Shown here in pieces: positions 31,149-38,607 of a DNA stretch of 64,000 bases. Both the position numbers and the translations under genes were made by a program. The DNA lies in the NCBI GenBank assembly GCA_016931455.1, contig JAFGES010000129.1:72363-136362 (forward strand). Reading direction: 5' to 3'. Source of the DNA: Desulfobacterales bacterium (GTDB lineage Bacteria; Desulfobacterota; Desulfobacteria; Desulfobacterales; JAHDSC01). Each line of letters begins with the position of its first letter. The first letter of the stretch is position 1. The notes under the pieces are model-generated. The model was given only the letters and a program-made list of their open reading frames with translations. It was not told where the DNA came from and made no database searches.

Positions 31149-31667
31149 CTACTCCGCGTGGTTTTTTAATAGGTTTTTGAGTTTCTTTTTTGTCTTAATC
31201 AATTCATCGTTTGTTAAACGCAATCGGATTGAGACATATTCAGTAAATATTCGATACAGCAATAATAGAAAATTTGCTTTATCATCATCCGAATCAAGCC
31301 TGTTTGTCGCGGATGTATTTATTGCTAGGCAGATGGTTTTGCCCTCGGCATAAACGGATGCTGATCTGCTTAAGCCATCCAAAATTCTCATTTCACCAAC
31401 AATTTCTCCCATTTGTTCGATGGTTGAAATTTCCACCTCTTCTTTTTCAACTCGTACTTTACCTGATAAAAGGAAGAACAGCCATGGATCCATATCGCCT
31501 TCCTTTATAATCCGCTCACCATGTTCATATTCACGTATCTTGCTGAGCCTGAGCAACTGTCGAAGATTTTTTGTTTCGAAGTTTTTTAAAGGAGGAAGCG
31601 CCATTATTTTTTGTATATTTTGAACATTATCTTTAAGAAATTTAGATTCGATCATATTTTTCTCCAA
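31149..31667 (-). CDS. Cyclic-nucleotide-binding domain protein (172 aa, no recognisable output domain)
   Basis: Effector-domain pattern (...E.GE.II.EGD....FFLLSGKV.V...........GE..GEM) is present. It is the second such stand-alone gene in the window. Confidence 0.65.
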   Translation of the reverse strand: MEKNMIESKFLKDNVQNIQKIMALPPLKNFETKNLRQLLRLSKIREYEHGERIIKEGDMDPWLFFLLSGKVRVEKEEVEISTIEQMGEIVGEMRILDGLSRSASVYAEGKTICLAINTSATNRLDSDDDKANFLLLLYRIFTEYVSIRLRLTNDELIKTKKKLKNLLKNHAE

Positions 31668-31896
31668 ATTTTCTTTTTCGATGCGGATTTCAGGTCAACC
31701 TTTTCTTTTGAAAATACCTGATGTAATTTTCATCATAAATTTTAATCGGCATATTAGTAAAATTTGTTAAGAATTTTTTTAATATTGTTTTCTGCTTTTA
31801 AATATTTTTATTTATAGGCAGGATATGCGCTTTGATTTTTGAAAAAAATTTATTAAAATTCGACCAGGTAGGCAAATATCGATCGGTGTTTCTTGA

Positions 31897-32625
31897 TTAG
31901 CAAGGAAGGGGTTGGATCCATTTATTTTTATTACCGTCATAAAACCACTTGTCCGGAAATCCGCGTCGTACAACAAAGGTCGGATTTTTTGCCCAGTTAT
32001 TCATTTCCTGGTAAGCTTTGTGGATTTTTCGGAAAAAAGCTGCATCACCTCCTTGATCAGGATGGTGCTCTTTTGCCTGCCGCCAATAGGCGCTTTTTAT
32101 TATTTTCGGCAATTCAGGCGAATTTAGACTCGACTTGTTCAATTTTAGATAAATTAAGGAATTTCCAATAAGGGAGGGATTATTTATTTCCATCGGTCGA
32201 ATAGATTCCGATGATATTCTATTGCGATAGGCGTGCTCAAAAACATGCCGCGTGGCAAGGTATCTTTTTTGTGTTCGACGTTTTTCCGCCCACCAAACAT
32301 TACTTAATTTTTCGGCCATCTTAAAAAATTCAGCCGCCGGTTTAGTATTCGGCGAACGAGGATAAATAAAGCTGAATATCTCATGCGTATCATAAGGCCG
32401 CAAATCCATATTAATGAAGCCTTCGTTAAAATAAAATGTTGCATACTGAGTATTTAGTGCCTTTAGTAGGCCCGTCCGTATATCGAGGTGATACCTCAGC
32501 TTTTGGCGGCAAATTTTTGAACAATACCGACGTTTACCCAGATTTTCAGTTGTTCCACACGATAGGCACCCGATGGTTTTATAGCTTTCCTCAAAGCCTA
32601 TTTCACTTACCGTGTTTCTTTTCAT
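31897..32625 (-). CDS. Zinc-ribbon plus C-terminal J-domain (DnaJ-like) protein
   Basis: N-terminal CLSCG...(10)...CSKIC Cys pairs are present. The C-terminal AYWRQAKEHHPDQGGDAAFFRKIHKAYQEM carries the HPD tripeptide of J domains. Confidence 0.65.
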   Translation of the reverse strand: MKRNTVSEIGFEESYKTIGCLSCGTTENLGKRRYCSKICRQKLRYHLDIRTGLLKALNTQYATFYFNEGFINMDLRPYDTHEIFSFIYPRSPNTKPAAEFFKMAEKLSNVWWAEKRRTQKRYLATRHVFEHAYRNRISSESIRPMEINNPSLIGNSLIYLKLNKSSLNSPELPKIIKSAYWRQAKEHHPDQGGDAAFFRKIHKAYQEMNNWAKNPTFVVRRGFPDKWFYDGNKNKWIQPLPC

Positions 32626-32634
32626 AGCCGATTC

Positions 32635-32962
32635 CTATATTCCTATCCGGTGGCTGTGAACAGCCGTTGTCTTTTCCTTTTTAAGTGCATTTGTATAGAT
32701 TTTGGTGGTGCTTGCATCCATATGCCCCAACAATTTCCGAATGATTCGAATATAATATCCATCGTCTAATAAGTGCTTTAAATGTATTGTGAAACTGTGA
32801 CGAAAAATAAAGCTGCTGATGTTTTTTTGTGATGCCGGAAATCCGAACGGCTTTTTTTATCGCTTTATCCGGAAGATAATAGCTTCTTCCGTTCGTATGG
32901 AGTAAATGCTTCGATCGAATATTACGGTGTACGAGATCTAAAATTTTCGGCGGCTTGCTCAT
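32635..32962 (-). pseudogene. Decayed integron-integrase-like tyrosine recombinase: N-terminal about 30 aa joined out of frame to the C-terminal about 55 aa, central catalytic core deleted
   Basis: Track frame gives MSKPPKILDLVHRNIRSKH..., an IntI-type N-terminus (KPPKLLDQVR..IR.KHYS). A second frame over 32635-32800 gives FRHSFTIHL..LLDDGYYIRIIRKLLGHMDASTTKIYTNALKK, which contains the RHSF, LLGH and catalytic-Tyr boxes. The total is about 110 codons against more than 300 for an intact enzyme. Confidence 0.7.
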
Positions 32963-33200
32963 AGAACAATTCCTTGAATTTTAGCTGAATATGACTTAAG
33001 AATTTTATTAAGCTATAAATGATATTTTATAATCTTAACTTTTGCAATAGATATCAATTTGCAAAGATTTATTTCTCAATAAATTGATTTTAACTATTTT
33101 ATTTAGTGATATTTTTTACTGATTTTATCAAATTAGATATTGTAATTATTAGTTTGCAAAAAATATAAAAATACAATATATCCAATAAGTTGTTAGTTAA

Positions 33201-33229
33201 TTGACTATGGCTAATATTTTAAATAAATT
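33201..33229 (+). promoter_or_regulatory. Candidate sigma-70 promoter pointing into the cassette region (Pc-like)
   Basis: TTGACT (33201-33206), a 17-nt spacer, then TAAATT (33224-33229). The background is AT-rich, so chance matches are likely. Confidence 0.3.
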
Positions 33230-33258
33230 AGCATTATTTAGAATAAATTCATAATAAT

Positions 33259-33341
33259 AATTGCTCGCCCCGCCTGAGGCGGGCCGAACGGCCGTGAGAT
33301 GCAAACCATTGAATTGTCCCCGCCGCAAGCGGCGCGAACAA
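33259..33341. repeat. Pair of GC-rich hairpins forming an approximately 80-bp imperfect palindrome in an otherwise AT-rich spacer
   Basis: TTGCTCGCCCCGCC (33259-33272) matches the reverse complement of GGCGGCGCGAACAA (33327-33340) at 12 of 14 positions. Each arm also folds on itself: CGCCCCGCC-TGA-GGCGGGCCG and CGCCGC-AA-GCGGCG. Confidence 0.6.
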
Positions 33342-33370
33342 ATCAATGGAACGGAAATTTTTTCGCAATA

Positions 33371-33726
33371 TTGCAGACGCTGTCGCACTCCAATATTACG
33401 AAAAAATTCCGCTTATCTCGCGGGCGCTATCCAGAGCAATCAAAAGAACCTACTTTGGAGAACTTGATCTTACTTTGGAACGAATTTGAATCATTAATCA
33501 AAAAGAAATTTCAAAAAATATGGTGTCGACACACGACATACCTACTAAGTGGGAAATGACTATGCAGGAAGACGTCTTATCTATGGATGACATCAAACAA
33601 TTGACTGAGCTTAGAATGATCAGAAACACACAGGTTCATTCAACAGGGGACAATATTGATAAGAAAAGAATCTTATTGGGTGTTGAAATAGCAGAGGATC
33701 TCTTGAAAAAATTAAATGGCAAATAA
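33371..33726 (+). pseudogene. HEPN-like small ORF interrupted by a single-nucleotide frame change in an A6 run
   Basis: ORFs 33299-33559 and 33520-33726 overlap in different frames. Restoring one nucleotide near the A-run at 33513-33518 joins ...LENLILLWNEFESLIKKKFQK to MVSTHD...QLTELRMIRNTQVHS... RNTQVH fits the R-x4-H HEPN motif. Confidence 0.4.
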
Positions 33727-33728
33727 TA

Positions 33729-33881
33729 GCACAACCGACCGGGCTACCGCTGCGTTTTTTTCGAATGCTTGTGGCGGGGCGTATTTTGCGGATTTTTCAT
33801 ATGCCGGGGCTGGTTCGTGCCCCGCGGCTGGAGCAAGGTGTTCGTACTGCCTTCGGCTTTACGAACGGGGGCGAGTTGTAA
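33729..33881 (+). repeat. attC-like GC-rich structured spacer (weak to moderate candidate)
   Basis: It starts GCACAAC immediately after the stop codon of the upstream ORF and ends GTTGTAA about 35 nt before the next ORF. The interior contains the hairpins GCCGGGGC..GCCCCGCGGC and GTTCGTA..TACGAAC. Arm pairing next to the boxes is poor. Confidence 0.4.
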
Positions 33882-33916
33882 CCCCCCCGCTAATGTATCG
33901 AATATAAGGAGAAAAA

Positions 33917-34123
33917 ATGAATCTAACTGATATTAAAAAGATGAGTACTACTGAGCGCTTAAAAACTATGGAAGCACTCTGGGATTCACTTTTATATGAA
34001 AATGTAGAAATTGAAACCCCAGAGTGGCATGAAAAAATCCTCGAAGAAAGAAAAGCAAAAATAAAAAACGGTAAAGCTAAATTTATCTCTTTATCAGAGC
34101 TAAAAACGAGCCGTATACAATGA
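33917..34123 (+). CDS. Putative addiction-module antitoxin (TIGR02574-like component)
   Basis: 68 aa with M..ERL.....LWDSL.......PEWH...L..R pattern. There is a 4-nt overlap with the downstream toxin gene. Confidence 0.7.
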   Translation: MNLTDIKKMSTTERLKTMEALWDSLLYENVEIETPEWHEKILEERKAKIKNGKAKFISLSELKTSRIQ

Positions 34124-34428
34124 AAATTCAAGATGTCTTTGTATTAAAAGAAGCCGTTGATGATTTGGAGGAAGGGAAAGCCTTCTACAATCTCCGGGAA
34201 TCAGGAGTTGGCGAATATTTTTGGGATTGCTTGATTTCCGATATAGAATCTATGGTCATATATGCTGGTATTCACAAGAAAAAATTTGGACTATACCAAA
34301 TGTTCTCAAAACGATTCCCTTATTCCATCTATTATGAAATTATTGAAGAAATCGCTTATGTTGTCGCTGTACTGCCTATGCGCCGAGATCCAGCATGGAT
34401 TGCGAAACAATTAAAAGATAGACGCTAA
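34120..34428 (+). CDS. ParE/RelE-superfamily toxin (plasmid-stabilisation-system type)
   Basis: 102 aa, translationally coupled to the antitoxin. The C-terminal FPYSIYYEI......V.AV...RRDP pattern is typical of this family. Confidence 0.7.
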   Translation: MKIQDVFVLKEAVDDLEEGKAFYNLRESGVGEYFWDCLISDIESMVIYAGIHKKKFGLYQMFSKRFPYSIYYEIIEEIAYVVAVLPMRRDPAWIAKQLKDRR

Positions 34429-34547
34429 CGAACATTTTGCACAAGGATTGCAAACACATGGTGGGTTTAATTTTTGCGAAAACCTTGATTATTCATTTTT
34501 TTTTTAGGTCTCATTGTGTTTGCAACCTGTGAAAATGGACGTTGACC
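34423..34547 (+). repeat. attC-like recombination site (best candidate in the window)
   Basis: Left arm 34423-34458 is CGCTAACGAACATTTTGCACAAGGATTGCAAACACA. The reverse complement of right arm 34515-34547 is GGTCAACGTCCATTTTCACAGGTTGCAAACACA. The arms pair almost fully except for a few single unpaired bases. The 5' box contains AAC and overlaps the toxin stop codon, the 3' box is GTTGACC, and the loop is about 56 nt. Confidence 0.6.
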
Positions 34548-34572
34548 ATTAAAATCAAATTAGGATTTATTT

Positions 34573-34947
34573 ATGTCAATATTATCAAAAGGTAGAATTA
34601 CAAACATGATGTTAGAGAGGCTTTTAGATCTGCCTAAAGGAGCAAAAAATTTAAAAGAGAATGTTACTTTGCGCTTAGGTATGGTTGGGCAATTGTCAAC
34701 CTCTCGTGAAATTAACGCAGCATGGAATGAAACTAAGAAGAAAGCTGCAAAACTTCATCCTGATAAATTTATACTTGATGAGCGGGGTGTTCTACACTGG
34801 AATGATGGAAGTGTAAAAATCTTGGATAAAACAATTTCAAGCGCAAATTTTAAAAAACTTAATGAGTTGGCAGATACTGAAAAATGCAATGTAAATTCAA
34901 TGGTATCTAAGCTGATATCGTCTTATAAAAAAAATAAGAAACAATAA
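34573..34947 (+). CDS. Hypothetical protein (124 aa), cassette-like position
   Basis: The ORF starts 26 nt after the attC-like site with AGGA upstream. Composition is AT-rich like the host. No family recognised. Confidence 0.5.
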   Translation: MSILSKGRITNMMLERLLDLPKGAKNLKENVTLRLGMVGQLSTSREINAAWNETKKKAAKLHPDKFILDERGVLHWNDGSVKILDKTISSANFKKLNELADTEKCNVNSMVSKLISSYKKNKKQ

Positions 34948-35097
34948 CATTCATTACCGGCAAGCAGTCCGGATTATAAAAAAAATTTCAGATAACAAAG
35001 CCAACTCACTGAGGCGACCCTCGATCGGATCCTCAAGAAAATAAACCTGAATTAAAGCCGTAAACATAGCGCCTTAAAAATCTTTCTTTCGAGGAAA

Positions 35098-38000
35098 ATG
35101 AAGATGAACCGTCTGGTGCGTATTCTCAAAAACAAATTGTTTATTGTCGGGGTGTCCCTGTTGATCGTTTACACCCTTTCCGGGTTTTTCCTACTCCCTT
35201 ATCTTGTCCGGCATTACGTGCCCAAGATCGTCCATGAAAAGATCAATAAGAAAGCGGGTATCGGTGAGGTGCGCTTTAATCCCTATATCTTCACCTTCGA
35301 AGTCCACGATTTCAGCATGGACGAACCGGATGACCGGCCCATCATGGACTTTAAGAGGCTTTTCATAGATTTTGAACTCAAAAGTCTTTATAAATGGGCA
35401 TGGACATTTCAGCAGATTGCTGTTGAGGAACCGCAGGTGAACGCGGTGATCGCACCCGATGGCACCCTGAATATCGCTATGCTTGCACCGCCCGCCGAAG
35501 AACCGCCTGATAAGGACGCGGAGGAGCTACCCCGGAATAACAAAAAAGGGCCTCCGCCACGCTTGATTATCGAGTCTGTTCTTATTGACCAGGGCCGGAT
35601 CGATTTGGTTGATAAGCGCCAGAGCGTGCCGGCTGTCGTCGGTTTCAAACCCGTGAATCTGCATATCGAAAACCTGACGACCTTGCCGGAACAGAAAGGG
35701 GCAAATGTCATTACCGTCACCAGTGGGGATGGAGAAATTTTGCGCTGGAGCGGCAATTTCACCTTGAATCCCTTGGCTGCAGAAGGAACCGTTGCCGTTG
35801 AAAACATAGAGGTTGCCACTATCTGGAAATTTTTCCGTGATGCTGTAAATTTAGATATGCCCGGCGGCAAAATGACTGTTGCCGCTGATTATAATATTGA
35901 TCTCGGCAATCCTCAGTCTCAAGTGGCACTTGTTAACCTCGATGTGACCCTTACCCGTATGATTTTAAAACTTGCCGGAGCCGAAAAGCCGTTTCTGGAG
36001 CTGACCGATACGAGGATCAGTGATGTACGACTCGATTTTTTTAAACAGTGGGTCGATGTGGGTAAAGTTATGCTTGCCGCTGGTTGTGCAAGGATAGTGG
36101 CGGATGAAAGCGGTGTGTTTAACCTGAAACGCATCATCAAGTCTGCCGATATACCGTCTTCTGCCACTGTTTCACCATCGATCTCCGAAAGCGGTATTCC
36201 TGCCGAACCTTGGAAAATTAACTTGAATGCTTTTGAGATGGATGGATTCGCATTCGATTACAGGGACATGAGCCGGTCCCCGGGCCTTAAAGCCGGCATC
36301 GATGATATCAGGATCAACTTGAAACTCGAGGCCCAGGCCGGTGCCCCACAGTCAAAGCTTTCGGCAAAAAATATTGCGGTAGGTCTTTCCGGTATAGCGG
36401 CCGGCTTTGCCGATGCGCCGGAACCGGTGGTACGGATTAATCAATTAATGCTTGAAGACGGCGCCTATGATCTGACTGAGAATCGTTTTGCGGCGGAGAA
36501 GATTTCCATAAACGGTGGTGGGATCGATTTTTTGCGTCAGGCCGATGGTACCAACAACCTGGCTCTTATGGTCGAGCCGCCGAAGAGGATAACAGCTGAT
36601 GAAAAGCCCGAAGAAGCCCCAGGTGAAAAATCTGTTTTCCGGTTTCTGATTGGCGCCGTTGCCGTATCCGGACTGGAAGCGGCTTTCTCGGATTTTTCCG
36701 TCAAACCGGACCGTCCGATTTTCAACCTCGAAGATATCACTCTGGTTGTAAACAATATTGACGGTAAGTCTCCCATGACGTTCGATGTCGGATGGAAAGT
36801 TCGTCAGGGCGGTCAAATTAAGGCTACCGGCACGATTAACCCGTCCGTGCCCTCTGTTCAATCCGATATACAAGTGATGGATCTGGAACTGGTTCCGTTC
36901 CAGCCTTACATCGACCCGGCGGTTTCTCTTGTGCTTAAATCGGGAGCGGTTTCTACCCAGGGTACACTGCAATACGGTATCGATAAGGCCGAATCACAGA
37001 CCGCCTTTGAGGGAGGCTTCAGGATAGAGAAGCTGCGGCTGACTGTACCCGGCGGCACCGAGACATTTTTGGGCTGGGAAGATCTCCGGACTGAAAGTTT
37101 GAAAATTCAACTCGAACCCAACCGCCTTGAAATCGGGGCGATCAATCTGGAACAGCTTGCCGGTAAATTTATCATTTATGAAGACCGGACACTCAATGTT
37201 GTTAAAGTGATCAAAACCGGTCCGGGTGTTGAGCCGACGTTCCCGGCCGCTTCCGAAACCCGTGACAAGGTGGCCGATAGATTTCCGGTGGTGGTTCGAA
37301 AGATCAATCTGAGTAACGGCAGGATAGAATTTGCGGATTTGAGTATGCGCCCACAGTTTGGAACGAAAATACATGAGCTCAAGGGAACGATTGTCGGTGT
37401 TTCCACCGTTGCTGATGCCCGTGCTCAGGTTCATCTCGATGGTCGTGTGGATGAGTACGGAACCGCAAAGGTCGAAGGCGAGTTGAATACTTCCGATCCC
37501 AAGGTTTTTACGAACATGGGTCTGGTTTTTCGCAACGTGGAAATGACCAGCCTGACACCCTATTCAGGCAGGTTTGCCGGCCGAAAAATCGATTCCGGAA
37601 AGCTGTCCGTGGATTTGAAGTACCTGATTGAGGAGAGCCGGCTTACAGGCGACAACCAGATTGTGGTGGAGCGCCTGGAACTCGGAGAAAAGATCAAAAG
37701 CCCCGATGCGGTGAACCTACCGCTGGATCTTGCCGTTGCGTTGATGGAAGATTCAAATGGGATGATTGATATCGGTCTGCCGGTTAAGGGAAACCTTGAT
37801 GCCCCAGAGTTCAGTTTTGGGGGACTGATCTGGAAAGCCCTGACCAATTTGCTTACCAAGATTGTGACAAGCCCTTTCCGCGCTCTCGCGGCACTGATTC
37901 CGGGTGGCGCGGATGAAACCTTGAACACGGTTGTTTTTGAAGCCGGCCGGTCCGATGTGTCGCCGCCTGAAAAGGAGAAGCTGGACAAGATGGTCGAAGC

Positions 38001-38532
38001 CCTCAAAAAGCGACCCAGGCTGAAACTCACCGTGAGTGGCCGTTACAACCCGCAAACCGACATGGCTGAGTTACGTTCCGGGAGCTTGTGTCGTGCTTTA
38101 GCTTTACATCAGGGGCAAAAACTTGAACCCGGCGAAGACCCCGGTTCGGTGGACTGGGGCAGCCCTAAAACCGGTGAAGCCTTGGAGGAAATGTTCGTCG
38201 AGCGTTTCGGTGCTGATGCGCTCAAAGCCGTTAAGGAAGAACTAAAAGTGGCGGAAGAAAAAAAGACAGGGCAAGATCCGGGTACGGCCCCAAAGGTTGT
38301 GAATGGAGATTCCGACCGTCTTGCGAAGATACTCTTTGCCCGTCTGGCGGATGCGGAACCGATCGGGGAGAGGGTACTGACACGGCTTGCAGAAGAAAGA
38401 TCCAATGCGGTTATGGCCGAACTGAGTGGGACGGATGGCATTCCGGTAGAGCGCCTGGAGGTGAAGCCCCCGTCTCCCGCGGGCAGGAAGGATCAGCCGT
38501 CGGTATTGTTGAACCTGGAGCCGGTACGGTAA
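35098..38532 (+). CDS. DUF748 domain-containing large envelope protein (AsmA-like), 1144 aa
   Basis: N-terminal TM anchor is followed by blocks recalled from DUF748 proteins (LLPYLVRHYVPKIV..K...........F.P..FT.E...F...E). Many long antisense ORFs in the track reflect its high GC. Confidence 0.7.
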   Translation: MKMNRLVRILKNKLFIVGVSLLIVYTLSGFFLLPYLVRHYVPKIVHEKINKKAGIGEVRFNPYIFTFEVHDFSMDEPDDRPIMDFKRLFIDFELKSLYKWAWTFQQIAVEEPQVNAVIAPDGTLNIAMLAPPAEEPPDKDAEELPRNNKKGPPPRLIIESVLIDQGRIDLVDKRQSVPAVVGFKPVNLHIENLTTLPEQKGANVITVTSGDGEILRWSGNFTLNPLAAEGTVAVENIEVATIWKFFRDAVNLDMPGGKMTVAADYNIDLGNPQSQVALVNLDVTLTRMILKLAGAEKPFLELTDTRISDVRLDFFKQWVDVGKVMLAAGCARIVADESGVFNLKRIIKSADIPSSATVSPSISESGIPAEPWKINLNAFEMDGFAFDYRDMSRSPGLKAGIDDIRINLKLEAQAGAPQSKLSAKNIAVGLSGIAAGFADAPEPVVRINQLMLEDGAYDLTENRFAAEKISINGGGIDFLRQADGTNNLALMVEPPKRITADEKPEEAPGEKSVFRFLIGAVAVSGLEAAFSDFSVKPDRPIFNLEDITLVVNNIDGKSPMTFDVGWKVRQGGQIKATGTINPSVPSVQSDIQVMDLELVPFQPYIDPAVSLVLKSGAVSTQGTLQYGIDKAESQTAFEGGFRIEKLRLTVPGGTETFLGWEDLRTESLKIQLEPNRLEIGAINLEQLAGKFIIYEDRTLNVVKVIKTGPGVEPTFPAASETRDKVADRFPVVVRKINLSNGRIEFADLSMRPQFGTKIHELKGTIVGVSTVADARAQVHLDGRVDEYGTAKVEGELNTSDPKVFTNMGLVFRNVEMTSLTPYSGRFAGRKIDSGKLSVDLKYLIEESRLTGDNQIVVERLELGEKIKSPDAVNLPLDLAVALMEDSNGMIDIGLPVKGNLDAPEFSFGGLIWKALTNLLTKIVTSPFRALAALIPGGADETLNTVVFEAGRSDVSPPEKEKLDKMVEALKKRPRLKLTVSGRYNPQTDMAELRSGSLCRALALHQGQKLEPGEDPGSVDWGSPKTGEALEEMFVERFGADALKAVKEELKVAEEKKTGQDPGTAPKVVNGDSDRLAKILFARLADAEPIGERVLTRLAEERSNAVMAELSGTDGIPVERLEVKPPSPAGRKDQPSVLLNLEPVR

Positions 38533-38607
38533 GTTGCCCCAAAATTTTTAAAAACTTTAACTTTAGAGTTTGAGGCTTGGACTTTAGCAGAAAGAAGGAA
38601 GGTTTCC

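Noticed and set aside
33197-34131. Track ORFs 33197-33388(-), 33261-33467(+), 33716-33907(+) and 33859-34131(-) crossing the GC-rich spacers
   Set aside because: They run through the palindromic attC-like or hairpin elements and have Ala/Arg/Gly/Pro-rich composition on both strands. It is more economical to explain them as non-coding structured DNA.
35409-38441. More than ten long antisense or alternative-frame ORFs (up to 175 aa) inside the DUF748 gene
   Set aside because: They are low-complexity and Ser/Arg/Gly/Pro-rich, and they all overlap one long coherent plus-strand ORF. This is typical stop-codon depletion in GC-rich DNA, not real genes.
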